Assembly (NCBI GenBank): GCA_963749075.1
Contig: CAVVLJ010000016.1
Location: 928,001 to 992,000 of the forward strand
Direction: 5' to 3'
DNA length: 64,000 bases
Origin: an uncultured Pseudomonadota bacterium
GTDB taxonomy: Bacteria; Pseudomonadota; Alphaproteobacteria; JACZXZ01
The position numbers and the translations under genes were made by a program. Below are positions 19,181-27,807 of this stretch, piece by piece; the first letter of the stretch is position 1; each line of letters begins with the position of its first letter. The notes below the pieces were generated by a model. The model saw only the letters and a program-made list of their open reading frames with translations. It was not told the DNA's origin and did not search any database.

Positions 19181-21834
19181 ACGCGGCCACGAGGGGATTA
19201 CCGGAAGTGCGCTCGATTTCGTTTGACGTTGACGATTTGCCGTACGGCGCGCTACTTCCGCAGCTCCTCGACGCGGTGTTCGCCTCGCTGGGGATTCTCG
19301 CTAATCGCGGCCTTGGTGGTAGCGGACTACAGGAGTTAGATCATGGAGCGATTAACGCGGCTTTCTCATTCCTGACCGATGCGCCGCGAGAGGGAATAAA
19401 CCGCCACCTAAGCTACCACGTCGGCCAAGAATTGCCCGGACTGTGGGCTGAGGGTAGCAGCACCAAAAAGCAAGCTGCACAACCGACACGCATGAGCCTG
19501 GTGATATGCAACTGGTTCGACGCAATCGATGACGCAAAGCGCTGGCGTATCCACCCGGCATCTACCGGCCGTCGACGCAGGGAGATGCCCGTGGCATTCC
19601 TTCCGTCGCCCCTGGCGATTCTGTATGACCTCCTGACTGATCCGGAGGACTCCTCCACGCGAGCGTATGCACAGGTTTCTATACGCAACATACTTCTTAG
19701 GTCATTTCGAATTGCTCCATCGGGATTCGGTCCCGCCCCTGAGGGGTGGAAAACCATGACCCCCGAGGATGTGTCAGTAGCGCTCTCAACGATTTCCACG
19801 TTTCATGCCGGGCGCGACAATATCCGGGCCGCGCGTCGTAGCGATATCGACAATTTCGTTCGGCACTTCATGGCGGCCAAGGGCATGATGCACTTTCGGT
19901 TCGGGTCTCGGGAAAACAAACCGACGGACGGTCTAAGGGATCGGTCCGAATACTGCAAACGGGGTATATTGCACCCGAAAGCGGAGTCATTTGAGTTCCG
20001 CCCTGATCCGGATTTGGCCCAAGTTCCGGGACTTTCCGACATCGAGAATGAAATTTGGGGAGTTCCTCTACCTGTCAGGGGAGCAGACACCCTCTTTTTT
20101 GGCGGCCTGCGGTTTTCGGAAACCGGTGGTCTGGTTGTTGGTGTGTCGGGCGGACCTGGGACTGGTAAGACTTCGTTTGCCCTGTCGTTGATCGGGCGGT
20201 TGGCGCCCTTAGGCACAAAAACACTTTATGTTACGGCTGAAGAGGCAAAGGAAGACCTCTACGCTCGAATTTCATCGATCGTAGCTGATAGGACAAAGCG
20301 GCTTAGTTTCGCGCCAAAATATGACAGAACGGGCAGCTCGGATTGGCTGTTCATCCGAAGCGGGAGAGATCCGAGTAACCCAGATCAAGAATTAGACCCG
20401 GAACTTCTGGTTAATTTTTTGGAGGATATCCGAACCATCAGATCGGAAACCCGGCAAGAATATGCTCCAAGTGCTCCACCTCCGCATCCGTGTAAATTAG
20501 TCGTTGTTCTGGACAATCTTCACAGTTTCGTTCCACATCTTCCGAGTCCCGACGAGAAAAATTCGCAGCACCCGCTTGAGCAAATTATCTCGGCCTGCCG
20601 TTCTATCGGTGCCCTTGTAATAGCAACCTTTGCTAAAGACTGGTGGGGGAGCGCTTGGATCGACTATCTTGTCGATACCGCGGTTGAACTTGAGTACGAA
20701 CAAACGAATGTCCGGGGCCATAAGCCGGCCCGTCTGATGATCCTGAGGAAAACGCGTCAGCAAATCTCACGGCCCGGCGCGCACGGGTTTCATATGTCCG
20801 GCAACTCAGGCTTTCGGATCACGCCGCAAATACCTTCCCAGCTGGACAGGAAGGCGATTTTTAAGAGTGTATTGCCGGATCGGGATTGGCAAATCGACGT
20901 GTTTCGGAGACCTTGCTTTCGCGATGAGTTGGCGGGCATGCCGGGTGCAATGAAGGGGACCCGAGTACCGGAATTCGATACCGCATCTCTCAATGATCAT
21001 CTGCGAATTGCTGTAAACTCTCACGTCCTCCTGCATGGCAAGGGGAGTGGTGGGAAAGCGGGGCTTGCGCTCAAAATCGCCGTCGCTCCGATCCTACCCT
21101 TTGTCCCCTTAAGCTCGGCTCACGTCAAACGTCGAAAGGTCCTTGTCATCTCTTTTCTATATCCGGAACAGTACTATTTGGACGTTAGCGATCATCTGCA
21201 TGCGTTGGCCAAGAGGGAATACGATGACGCCGGCGTCGCAGTTAGCGAACAAGCCCGCGTTGAAGTTGTTTCGCTGTATCCTGGATACATCCAGCCTGAG
21301 GACCTGTTTGATCGGATTATGAGGCGAATCGATAAAGCTGAACTAGAAGGCGAGCCCTTTACGGCAATTGTTCTCGATGGCCTCCACAACGTGGGCCTCC
21401 AGTTTCCGTTGCTCCAGGACTACCCAATGCTATGGCCGGCGCTATACGCAACACTTCGCCGAAAGAAGCTGACTGTCGTGACCACCCACACGATGATCAC
21501 GGTAGAGAGTGGTGTCAGCCATACTGAGTCGATTTCGATCGATGATCCGCGTTCATTGCCCCTTTTACAGGCGCTTGTTCAAGGGTCGGACTATGTCCTT
21601 GCTATAGACCGTGTGCCCAATCCAAAAACAAAATGGCCCGAAGACTATCAAGGAATTGGCGCAGCGATGGAAGTTCGGGTTGTCTCTGCAAATTACCAAG
21701 GAATTCCGCAAGACGAGCTGTTTTGGAGCCGAGACAAACTCGTTTTGTTTATAGACCAAGAGTCCCAACCAAAGCTCAGCTTACAAACGTCGCACGCAAT
21801 CCAAAGTCGCTCCAATTTATCAAGCCGAGAGTAG
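19156..21834 (+). CDS. KaiC/RAD55-like tandem RecA-fold ATPase with unknown N-terminal region (island ORF3)
   Basis: Domain 1: GGPGTGKT (20149-20172), LYVTAEE, VVVLDNL, YLVDTAVEL, RLMILRKTR...GAHGFHMSGNSGFRITP. Domain 2: HVLLHGKGSGGKA, AIVLDGLHN, SDYVLAI. Start TTG 19156 or GTG 19207. Confidence 0.8.
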   Translation: MAPAGFSINAATRGLPEVRSISFDVDDLPYGALLPQLLDAVFASLGILANRGLGGSGLQELDHGAINAAFSFLTDAPREGINRHLSYHVGQELPGLWAEGSSTKKQAAQPTRMSLVICNWFDAIDDAKRWRIHPASTGRRRREMPVAFLPSPLAILYDLLTDPEDSSTRAYAQVSIRNILLRSFRIAPSGFGPAPEGWKTMTPEDVSVALSTISTFHAGRDNIRAARRSDIDNFVRHFMAAKGMMHFRFGSRENKPTDGLRDRSEYCKRGILHPKAESFEFRPDPDLAQVPGLSDIENEIWGVPLPVRGADTLFFGGLRFSETGGLVVGVSGGPGTGKTSFALSLIGRLAPLGTKTLYVTAEEAKEDLYARISSIVADRTKRLSFAPKYDRTGSSDWLFIRSGRDPSNPDQELDPELLVNFLEDIRTIRSETRQEYAPSAPPPHPCKLVVVLDNLHSFVPHLPSPDEKNSQHPLEQIISACRSIGALVIATFAKDWWGSAWIDYLVDTAVELEYEQTNVRGHKPARLMILRKTRQQISRPGAHGFHMSGNSGFRITPQIPSQLDRKAIFKSVLPDRDWQIDVFRRPCFRDELAGMPGAMKGTRVPEFDTASLNDHLRIAVNSHVLLHGKGSGGKAGLALKIAVAPILPFVPLSSAHVKRRKVLVISFLYPEQYYLDVSDHLHALAKREYDDAGVAVSEQARVEVVSLYPGYIQPEDLFDRIMRRIDKAELEGEPFTAIVLDGLHNVGLQFPLLQDYPMLWPALYATLRRKKLTVVTTHTMITVESGVSHTESISIDDPRSLPLLQALVQGSDYVLAIDRVPNPKTKWPEDYQGIGAAMEVRVVSANYQGIPQDELFWSRDKLVLFIDQESQPKLSLQTSHAIQSRSNLSSRE

Positions 21835-21886
21835 CGACAGAGACGAAGCAACTCAGTTGGCGAATGCATGAATTTGAGGAAAGATA

Positions 21887-22916
21887 ATGAAGAAACCGGT
21901 TGCGATCGACTTGTTTGCCGGATGCGGTGGCTTGACTTTAGGCCTTGAGCAAGCTGGTTTTCGTGTTATTGGGGCTGTCGAAATTGATTCTTTGGCTGCG
22001 ACAACATACAGAACCAACCACCCCCGTGTGTTGGTAAAGCAAATGGACATTCGGCAGCTCCCGGCAACGCAGTTACGGCGGGACCTTAAACTCCGTCGTG
22101 GGCAACTCGACCTTCTCGCTGGGTGTCCGCCGTGCCAAGGTTTCTCCACGCTGCGCACGCGCAATGGTTCGAATAGGAACAGAGACGCGCGAAACGACTT
22201 GGTTTACGAAATGCTCCGCTTCACGAGAGCGTTTCGCCCGAGAGCCATAATGATGGAGAACGTCCCCAAGCTTCAAGATCGTAAGTCATTTAAAGACCTT
22301 TGCAATGCACTTCGGCTACTCGGTTATCAGCTAAACTCCGACATCAAGGATGCGGGTCTTTACGGTGTTCCCCAACGCCGGCAACGTCTTATTCTTCTGG
22401 CCGGCCGCGGCTTCAACATACAGTTCGCGATCGAGTTCGCGCCGCTTTCGTACTGTGCGGGGAGCGATCGGTCGAATGGCGAAGCCGGGCAATAGCAAAG
22501 ACGCACTTCATAACCTCCCAGAAAAGAAACGGTCGCTGAGGGTGCGTAGGCTGATAACGGACATTCCCAAAGATGGCGGGAGCCGCGGCGACTTGCCCAA
22601 GAGACGGCAGTTGCCGTGTCACAAGAGGAGCGACGGCTTCAGCGATACGTACGGCCGCATGGCCTGGAACAAGGTGGCGCCGACCATAACAAGCGGTTGC
22701 TTTAATCCATCAAAGGGGCGTTTCCTCCACCCAGAACAAAATCGTGCCATTACTATGCGGGAAGCAGCACTCCTTCAAGGGTTCCCTCGCGATTACTCGT
22801 TCGAACTATCGCGGGGAAAGGAGGCAATAGCATTGATGATCGGCAACGCCCTCCCGCCAGAGCTCATAAGACGGCATGCGTTACAAATTCGCGCGGCCTT
22901 GAGAGAGCATAGTTAG
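21887..22916 (+). pseudogene. dcm: C5 cytosine DNA methyltransferase split by a +1 frameshift near 22436
   Basis: Motifs I (DLFAGCGG), IV (GCPPCQGFS), VI (MENVP) and VIII (GVPQRRQR) in the first frame; TRD and motifs IX-X (YGRMAW..APTIT, REAALLQGFP, IGNALPP) in the second frame. Removing one T at 22436-22437 restores a single ORF. Confidence 0.88.
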
Positions 22917-22936
22917 TTCACCGAATGTGGTAGGTG

Positions 22937-23399
22937 ATGGCCAACGTTTTTTCGCGAGACAAACGCTCCGACATCATGTCGAGGGTAAAGAGCCGTGGGA
23001 ACCGAGCCACGGAGCTCCGCCTAATGCGCATATTTCGCGAGTACGGTATCCGGGGCTGGCGGCGCCACTCGGCAATTTTTGGAAACCCTGATTTTGTTTT
23101 TCCGGCAGCGCGTCTGGCTGTGTTCGTGGACGGATGCTTTTGGCATAGCTGTCCTACTCACGGCAGCGTCCCCTCCAGTAACTGTGCGTTTTGGAGTCTG
23201 GAAGCTAGACCGGAATCGGATGCGGGATCGCCAAGTGCGTCGGAAATTGTGCCGCTTAGGATGGCGCGTGCTTCGCGTGTGGCAGCACGACCTTAGAGAG
23301 CCCGATCGCGTGGTGCGCCGGGTTACCCGATCAATAGACTCGGTTGCTACTGAGCCGCGAGGCGGAAACGGGCGGCGGCGGAAAGGTCGGAGCCGGTAG
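22937..23399 (+). pseudogene. vsr: Very-short-patch repair endonuclease split by a +1 frameshift near 23200
   Basis: KRSDIMSRVKSRGN, GNPDFVF, VFVDGCFWHSCP in one frame; KLDRNRMRD...LGWRVLRVWQHDL in another; one extra G at 23200-23201. Confidence 0.88.
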
Positions 23400-23439
23400 G
23401 CGTCCAGGGTTTCCCCGACGTTGTCCAAGTTACAGAGTT

Positions 23440-23555
23440 GGTCGTGTAAGGGCGGCTTAAAGATAAAGGGCGAGGTTCTTGCCGGTCTCGAGCGGCGGCG
23501 GCGCTTGGGTTCGGAGGAGAAGGCTGGGATCGTCGCGGAGACGATGCTGCCGGCG
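23440..23555 (+). mobile_element. IS66-family tnpA 5' remnant
   Basis: EVLAGLERRRRLGSEEKAGIVAETMLP matches the IS66 TnpA N-terminal pattern EVxxGxERRRRWSxEEKxxIVAE; truncated at the repeat junction. Confidence 0.65.
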
Positions 23556-24116
23556 GCGCCTACTCGGCGGCCTCCTCGGCCGGAATCGCGGGCGCCGGGT
23601 CCGCGTGCCGGAAGCCGCCCGACTGGCGCTGCCAGAGGCGCGCATAGCTGCCGCCGCTCGCCAAGAGCTCGGCATGGCCGCCTTCCTCGAGGATGCGCCC
23701 GTGGTCGAGCACGACGAGGCGGTCCATGCGCGCGATGGTGGAGAGCCGGTGCGCGATGGCGATCACCGTGCGGCCGCGCATGAGGCCGTCGAGCTGCTCC
23801 TGGATCGCCGCCTCGACCTCGGAATCGAGGGCCGAGGTCGCCTCGTCGAGGACGAGGATGGGCGCGTTCTTGAGGATCACCCGCGCGAGTGCGACGCGCT
23901 GGCGCTGCCCGCCCGAGAGCTTGACGCCGCGCTCGCCCACGTGGGCCTCGAAGCCGCGGCGACCTTGCCAATCCTCGAGCCCCTCGATGAACTCGAGCGC
24001 GTGCGCGCTCGCGGCCGCCTGCCGCACCTCCTCCTCGCTCGCCTCCGGCCGGCCGTAGCGGATGTTGTCGCGGATCGAGCGGTGGAGGAGCGAGGTGTCC
24101 TGCGTCACCATGGCGA
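23549..24116. repeat. Direct repeat copy 2 (568 bp), forming the 3' end of the intact ABC exporter
   Basis: Gap-free alignment to 17005-17572. Confidence 0.95.
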
Positions 24117-25431
24117 TGTGGGCGCGCAGGCTCTCCTGCGTGACGTGGGCGATGTCCTGCCCGTCGATCGTGATGCGCCCGCCTTCGAGCTCATAGAAGC
24201 GCAGGAGCAGGTTGACGAGGGTCGACTTGCCGGCACCCGAGCGCCCGACGAGGCCGACGCGCTCGCCGGGCTCGATCGCGAGGTCGATGCCGTGGAGCAC
24301 GCCGCGCTCGGTGCCGTAGCCGAAGCGCACCCGCTCGAAGCGGATGCGGGCCGCGCCCACGCGCAGCACCGCGGCATCCGGGCGGTCCGTCAGCTGCCGC
24401 GGCACCGCGATCGAGCGCATGCCGTCCTGCACGACGCCCACGTTCTCGAAGATCGAGGTGACGTTCTGCGCCACCCAGCCGGCGATGTTGGCGATCTGCC
24501 AGGTGAGCGGCAGCGCCATGGCGACCGTGCCCACGGCGATGCTTCCGTCGTTCCACAGCCAGACCGCGGCCGCTCCCGTGCCGACGACCATCGTGGCATT
24601 GAGCGTCGTGAGCCCCAGGCTGAAGAAGGTGATCACGCGCAATTGCCGGCGGAAGCTCTCGGTATGGTCGTCGATCGCCGCGCGCACGAAATTGTCCTCG
24701 TCGCGCGGCCGCGCGAAGAGCTTGACCGTGACGATGTTCGTATAGCTGTCGACGACCCGGCCGGTGAGGGCCGAGCGCAGCTCGGACATCCGCCGCGAGC
24801 GTTCGCGCAAGCGGGGGACGAAGTAGCGCAGCAGCGCCACGTAGCCGGCGAACCACAGCAGCACGGGGAGCGCCAGGCGCTTGTCGTTCGAGCCCATCAT
24901 CAGCACGGCGCCGCCGCCGTAGACGAGGATGTACCAGACCGCGTTCGTCGACATGACGAGGCTCTCGCGCAACGCCGGACCCGTCTGCATGACGCGGTTG
25001 GCGAGGCGGCCGGCGAAATCGTTCTGGAAGAAGGCCCAGCTCTGCCGCACCACGTGCCAGTGGCTCTGCCAGCGGATGAGGTTGCTGAGGCCCGGATTGA
25101 TGGCCTGGTTGGTGATGAGGTTCTGGAGCAGGAGGGCCGCCGGCCGGGCGAGCAGCAGCACGAGCGCCATCCCGACGAGCAAGCGCCAGGCCTCGGCAAA
25201 GAGCGCGCCCGGCGCGTGACTCGAGACGAGGCCCACCAGCCGGCCGATGAAGAACGGGATCGTGGTGTCGAGAGCCGCCACCGTGAAACCGGCGGCGAAG
25301 AGGGCGACCACCAGCCCGCGCGCCTGCCGGGCGTAATGCCAGTAGAAGGCCATGAGCCCTGAGGGCGGCGGCGCCTCGGGCGAGAGTGCCGTGGGGACGA
25401 GCAGGCTCTCGAAGAAACGGAAGACGCGCAT
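23560..25431 (-). CDS. ABC exporter, fused permease/ATPase (MdlB/MsbA-like)
   Basis: N-terminal TM helices, [44 protein letters not shown]. Confidence 0.93.
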   Translation of the reverse strand: MRVFRFFESLLVPTALSPEAPPPSGLMAFYWHYARQARGLVVALFAAGFTVAALDTTIPFFIGRLVGLVSSHAPGALFAEAWRLLVGMALVLLLARPAALLLQNLITNQAINPGLSNLIRWQSHWHVVRQSWAFFQNDFAGRLANRVMQTGPALRESLVMSTNAVWYILVYGGGAVLMMGSNDKRLALPVLLWFAGYVALLRYFVPRLRERSRRMSELRSALTGRVVDSYTNIVTVKLFARPRDEDNFVRAAIDDHTESFRRQLRVITFFSLGLTTLNATMVVGTGAAAVWLWNDGSIAVGTVAMALPLTWQIANIAGWVAQNVTSIFENVGVVQDGMRSIAVPRQLTDRPDAAVLRVGAARIRFERVRFGYGTERGVLHGIDLAIEPGERVGLVGRSGAGKSTLVNLLLRFYELEGGRITIDGQDIAHVTQESLRAHIAMVTQDTSLLHRSIRDNIRYGRPEASEEEVRQAAASAHALEFIEGLEDWQGRRGFEAHVGERGVKLSGGQRQRVALARVILKNAPILVLDEATSALDSEVEAAIQEQLDGLMRGRTVIAIAHRLSTIARMDRLVVLDHGRILEEGGHAELLASGGSYARLWQRQSGGFRHADPAPAIPAEEAAE

Positions 25432-25647
25432 GCTTTGCGATCCTCGTGGCGTGGTCGTGGCGCCGCCCGGGCGCATGTCCTCATGCGAGATACGAGCGAC
25501 GCCGGTCAGGCCGGCGCTTCCCGGGCGGCAGCGGCGGCGGCGCCCGCGTCGACCATTGGACGATCGCAGATTGAACGCCGCAGTTTACTTCGTCGCGGCG
25601 CTGAGTTCGAGAAAAAGCAGGCGGCGACGGCGGCCGGCACGTGCGCG

Positions 25648-26574
25648 CTATCGGAGGTCCTCTTTCTCGCCGTCGAGCGGCAGCTTGAGGTACGCCGCGC
25701 GCCAGCCCTGCCACTCGCCCCGATAGTGGATCTCGATGAAGTACTGCACGATCGACAGCACGGTCGTCAGCGCCAGATACCAGAGCGAGGCCACGATGAG
25801 CAGCGGGATCGTCTCGAACGTCCGGCTGTAGATGTTGCCGGCCAACTCCATGAGCTCCTCGAGCGCCACGACGCTGGCGAGCGAGGAATATTTGAGCATG
25901 CCGATGACCTGATTGCCGGTCGGCGGCACGATGGCCTTCATGGCCTGCGGCAAGACCACGACCATCAGGGTCTGGAGCCGCCCGTAGCCGAGCGACTTGG
26001 CCGCCTCCGTCTGGCCGAGATCCACCGAGAGGATGCCGCCCCGCACGATCTCGGCCATGTAGGCGCCCTCGTTGAGCCCGAGGCCGAGAAGGGCGGCGGT
26101 AAAGGAGGAGATCGCCACGGTGCTCGGCACGGAGAGGAATTTGGGGCCGCCGAAGGGGATGCCCAGGGAGAGCGCAGGGAAGAGCGAGGCGAGGTTGTAC
26201 CAGAAGACGAGCTGCACCAGGACGGGCGTGCCGCGGAAGAACCAGATATAGGCGCCCGCGGCGAGCGCCATGACGTTGTTTCCCGAGAGCTTCATGGCCG
26301 CCAGGACCAGGCCGATCGCGATGCCGGCCGCCATGACCAGGAGGGTGAGCTCGCAGGTCATCGAGAGGCCGGAGAGGATCTCGCTTTCGAGCATGTATTT
26401 CGCGACGACGGACCACTCGAACCCGGGGTTGGTGAGCACCTGGAAGACGACCCAGGCGACGAAGACCGCGACGGCGGCAGCGCCGACCCATTGCCCCCAG
26501 CTCGCGCGGCGCACCACCTTGACCGGAGGGCCCGCCTCGGGGCTGCGCTTCTCGACTGCGGGTCCTGGCTCCAT
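25648..26574 (-). CDS. Polar amino-acid ABC transporter permease
   Basis: YIWFFRGTPVLVQL, EGAYMAEIVRGGI..VDLGQTEAAKSLG, LKYSSL. Confidence 0.92.
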   Translation of the reverse strand: MEPGPAVEKRSPEAGPPVKVVRRASWGQWVGAAAVAVFVAWVVFQVLTNPGFEWSVVAKYMLESEILSGLSMTCELTLLVMAAGIAIGLVLAAMKLSGNNVMALAAGAYIWFFRGTPVLVQLVFWYNLASLFPALSLGIPFGGPKFLSVPSTVAISSFTAALLGLGLNEGAYMAEIVRGGILSVDLGQTEAAKSLGYGRLQTLMVVVLPQAMKAIVPPTGNQVIGMLKYSSLASVVALEELMELAGNIYSRTFETIPLLIVASLWYLALTTVLSIVQYFIEIHYRGEWQGWRAAYLKLPLDGEKEDLR

Positions 26575-26672
26575 GACGGCATTATCCCGGCTGAGTGCGG
26601 CTACCATAGCAGCGGGCCGCGCCGCACATCAACGAGGGGTCGGCCGGGGTGCGCGCGGGTACGGCGCCGAAT

Positions 26673-26726
26673 GGATTTCCTCATCCTTCGAGACGGGCCT
26701 GCGGCCCTCCTCAGATGAGGAAATCC
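26673..26726. repeat. REP-like palindromic element
   Basis: 13-bp perfect inverted repeat GGATTTCCTCATC / GATGAGGAAATCC around CTTCGAGACGGGCCTGCGGCCCTCCTCA. Confidence 0.7.
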
Positions 26727-26805
26727 GCCAAACCTGGAGGCGGCGGTAGGCAACGCTCCCCGCGGGCAGCTCCGCAGCCGGGCGCTCAGGCGGCGGTAAG
26801 GCGCC

Positions 26806-27702
26806 TCACTTGGCCCCGCCCTTCTGCACTTCCTCGAGCGTGAGCGCCGCATCGGCGACGCCGAACTGGTCGAGTATCTTCTCGTAGGAGCCGTCGCGCA
26901 CCATGTCCTCGAGCGCGCGGCGAAACGCCGCCGCGAGCTCGGCGTTGTCCTTGGCGATCACGATGCCGGCGAGGCTCGTCGTTCCCGCGAGCGTGCCCTG
27001 GGTCATGCTGAGCTTGTCGTTGCGCTGCGCCACATAGACGCCGACCGCGCGGTCGGTGAGGAAGCCGTCGCCCCGCCCGTTGGCGACCGCGAGATAGGTG
27101 TCGGCGCTGTCCGGGAAATATTGCAGGGTGATGGGCTTGTCCTTCGCGGCGACGCATTGGTCGGAGATGCGCTGGGCGACCGCGACCTGCGAGCTCCCTT
27201 GGGTGAGGCAGAGGGTGCGCCCGCAGAGGTGGGCGATGGTCACGTCCGTGACGCCGTGGCGGACGAGGAGGCCGAGCCCGCCCTTATAATAGTCGACGTA
27301 CTGCACGATCTTGAGCCGCTCGGGCGTCTCCGCGAGCTGATCGACGCCGGCATCGAAGCGGCCGGTCGAGACGCCCGGGACGATTGCCGGGAACTTAACA
27401 TCGGTGAAGTTGGGCGTGAGCCCGAGCCTCGCCGCGAGTGCCCTCATGAGGCGGATGTCGAGGCCGTCCGGCTGCCCGTCCGCCGTCTTGAAGTCGAAGG
27501 GCGGCCATTGCAGCGAGGTCGCCACCTCGAGCGTGCCCGAGCTCTTGTTCTTGGCGGGCAAGAGGGCGCGGGCGGCCTGATCGACGGCCGCCGCCGGCGC
27601 CGCGCTCGAGGCGGTCTGGGCGTTGCATAAAGCGGGGACGACCAAGGCCGCCGCCAGTCCGAGGCCAAGTAGCCAGCTGCTGCGTTGCTGTACGTCTGCC
27701 AT
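26806..27702 (-). CDS. Polar amino-acid ABC transporter substrate-binding protein (family 3)
   Basis: Signal peptide, WPPFDF, GLDIRL, GVSTGRFD, DGSYEKILDQFG; GGAGG RBS. Confidence 0.9.
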   Translation of the reverse strand: MADVQQRSSWLLGLGLAAALVVPALCNAQTASSAAPAAAVDQAARALLPAKNKSSGTLEVATSLQWPPFDFKTADGQPDGLDIRLMRALAARLGLTPNFTDVKFPAIVPGVSTGRFDAGVDQLAETPERLKIVQYVDYYKGGLGLLVRHGVTDVTIAHLCGRTLCLTQGSSQVAVAQRISDQCVAAKDKPITLQYFPDSADTYLAVANGRGDGFLTDRAVGVYVAQRNDKLSMTQGTLAGTTSLAGIVIAKDNAELAAAFRRALEDMVRDGSYEKILDQFGVADAALTLEEVQKGGAK

Positions 27703-27807
27703 GATACGAAGACCCTCCTCTGAATGAATGCCCTGATTCCAGGTGCTTGCGATGCGGGTTGCCGATGGCGATTCGCGGCCTTCCTCGCTGAGAAGCGCTC
27801 GCGTCCG

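Larger units (their letters stand above)
17573..23548. mobile_element. Low-GC genomic island without integrase, flanked by 568-bp direct repeats
   Basis: Sharp compositional shift (one sampled line, 20521-20580, is 53% GC versus about 70% in the flanks); many A/T-ending codons; genes on the opposite strand to the flanking host genes. Confidence 0.85.

Noticed and set aside
19156-21834. Circadian clock KaiC
   Set aside because: No kaiA/kaiB nearby, the second domain is degenerate with no evident Ser-Thr phosphosite motif, and there is a long extra N-terminus
22420-22445. Programmed frameshift or phase-variable tract in dcm
   Set aside because: No slippery heptamer or long homopolymer/SSR at the site; the same holds for the vsr and ABC ATPase shifts
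17573-23548. Prophage, ICE, or classical type II R-M / DISARM / BREX
   Set aside because: No integrase, structural, conjugation, helicase, PLD or PglZ genes and no recognisable nuclease motif. A highly divergent REase among ORF1/ORF2 cannot be excluded by eye.
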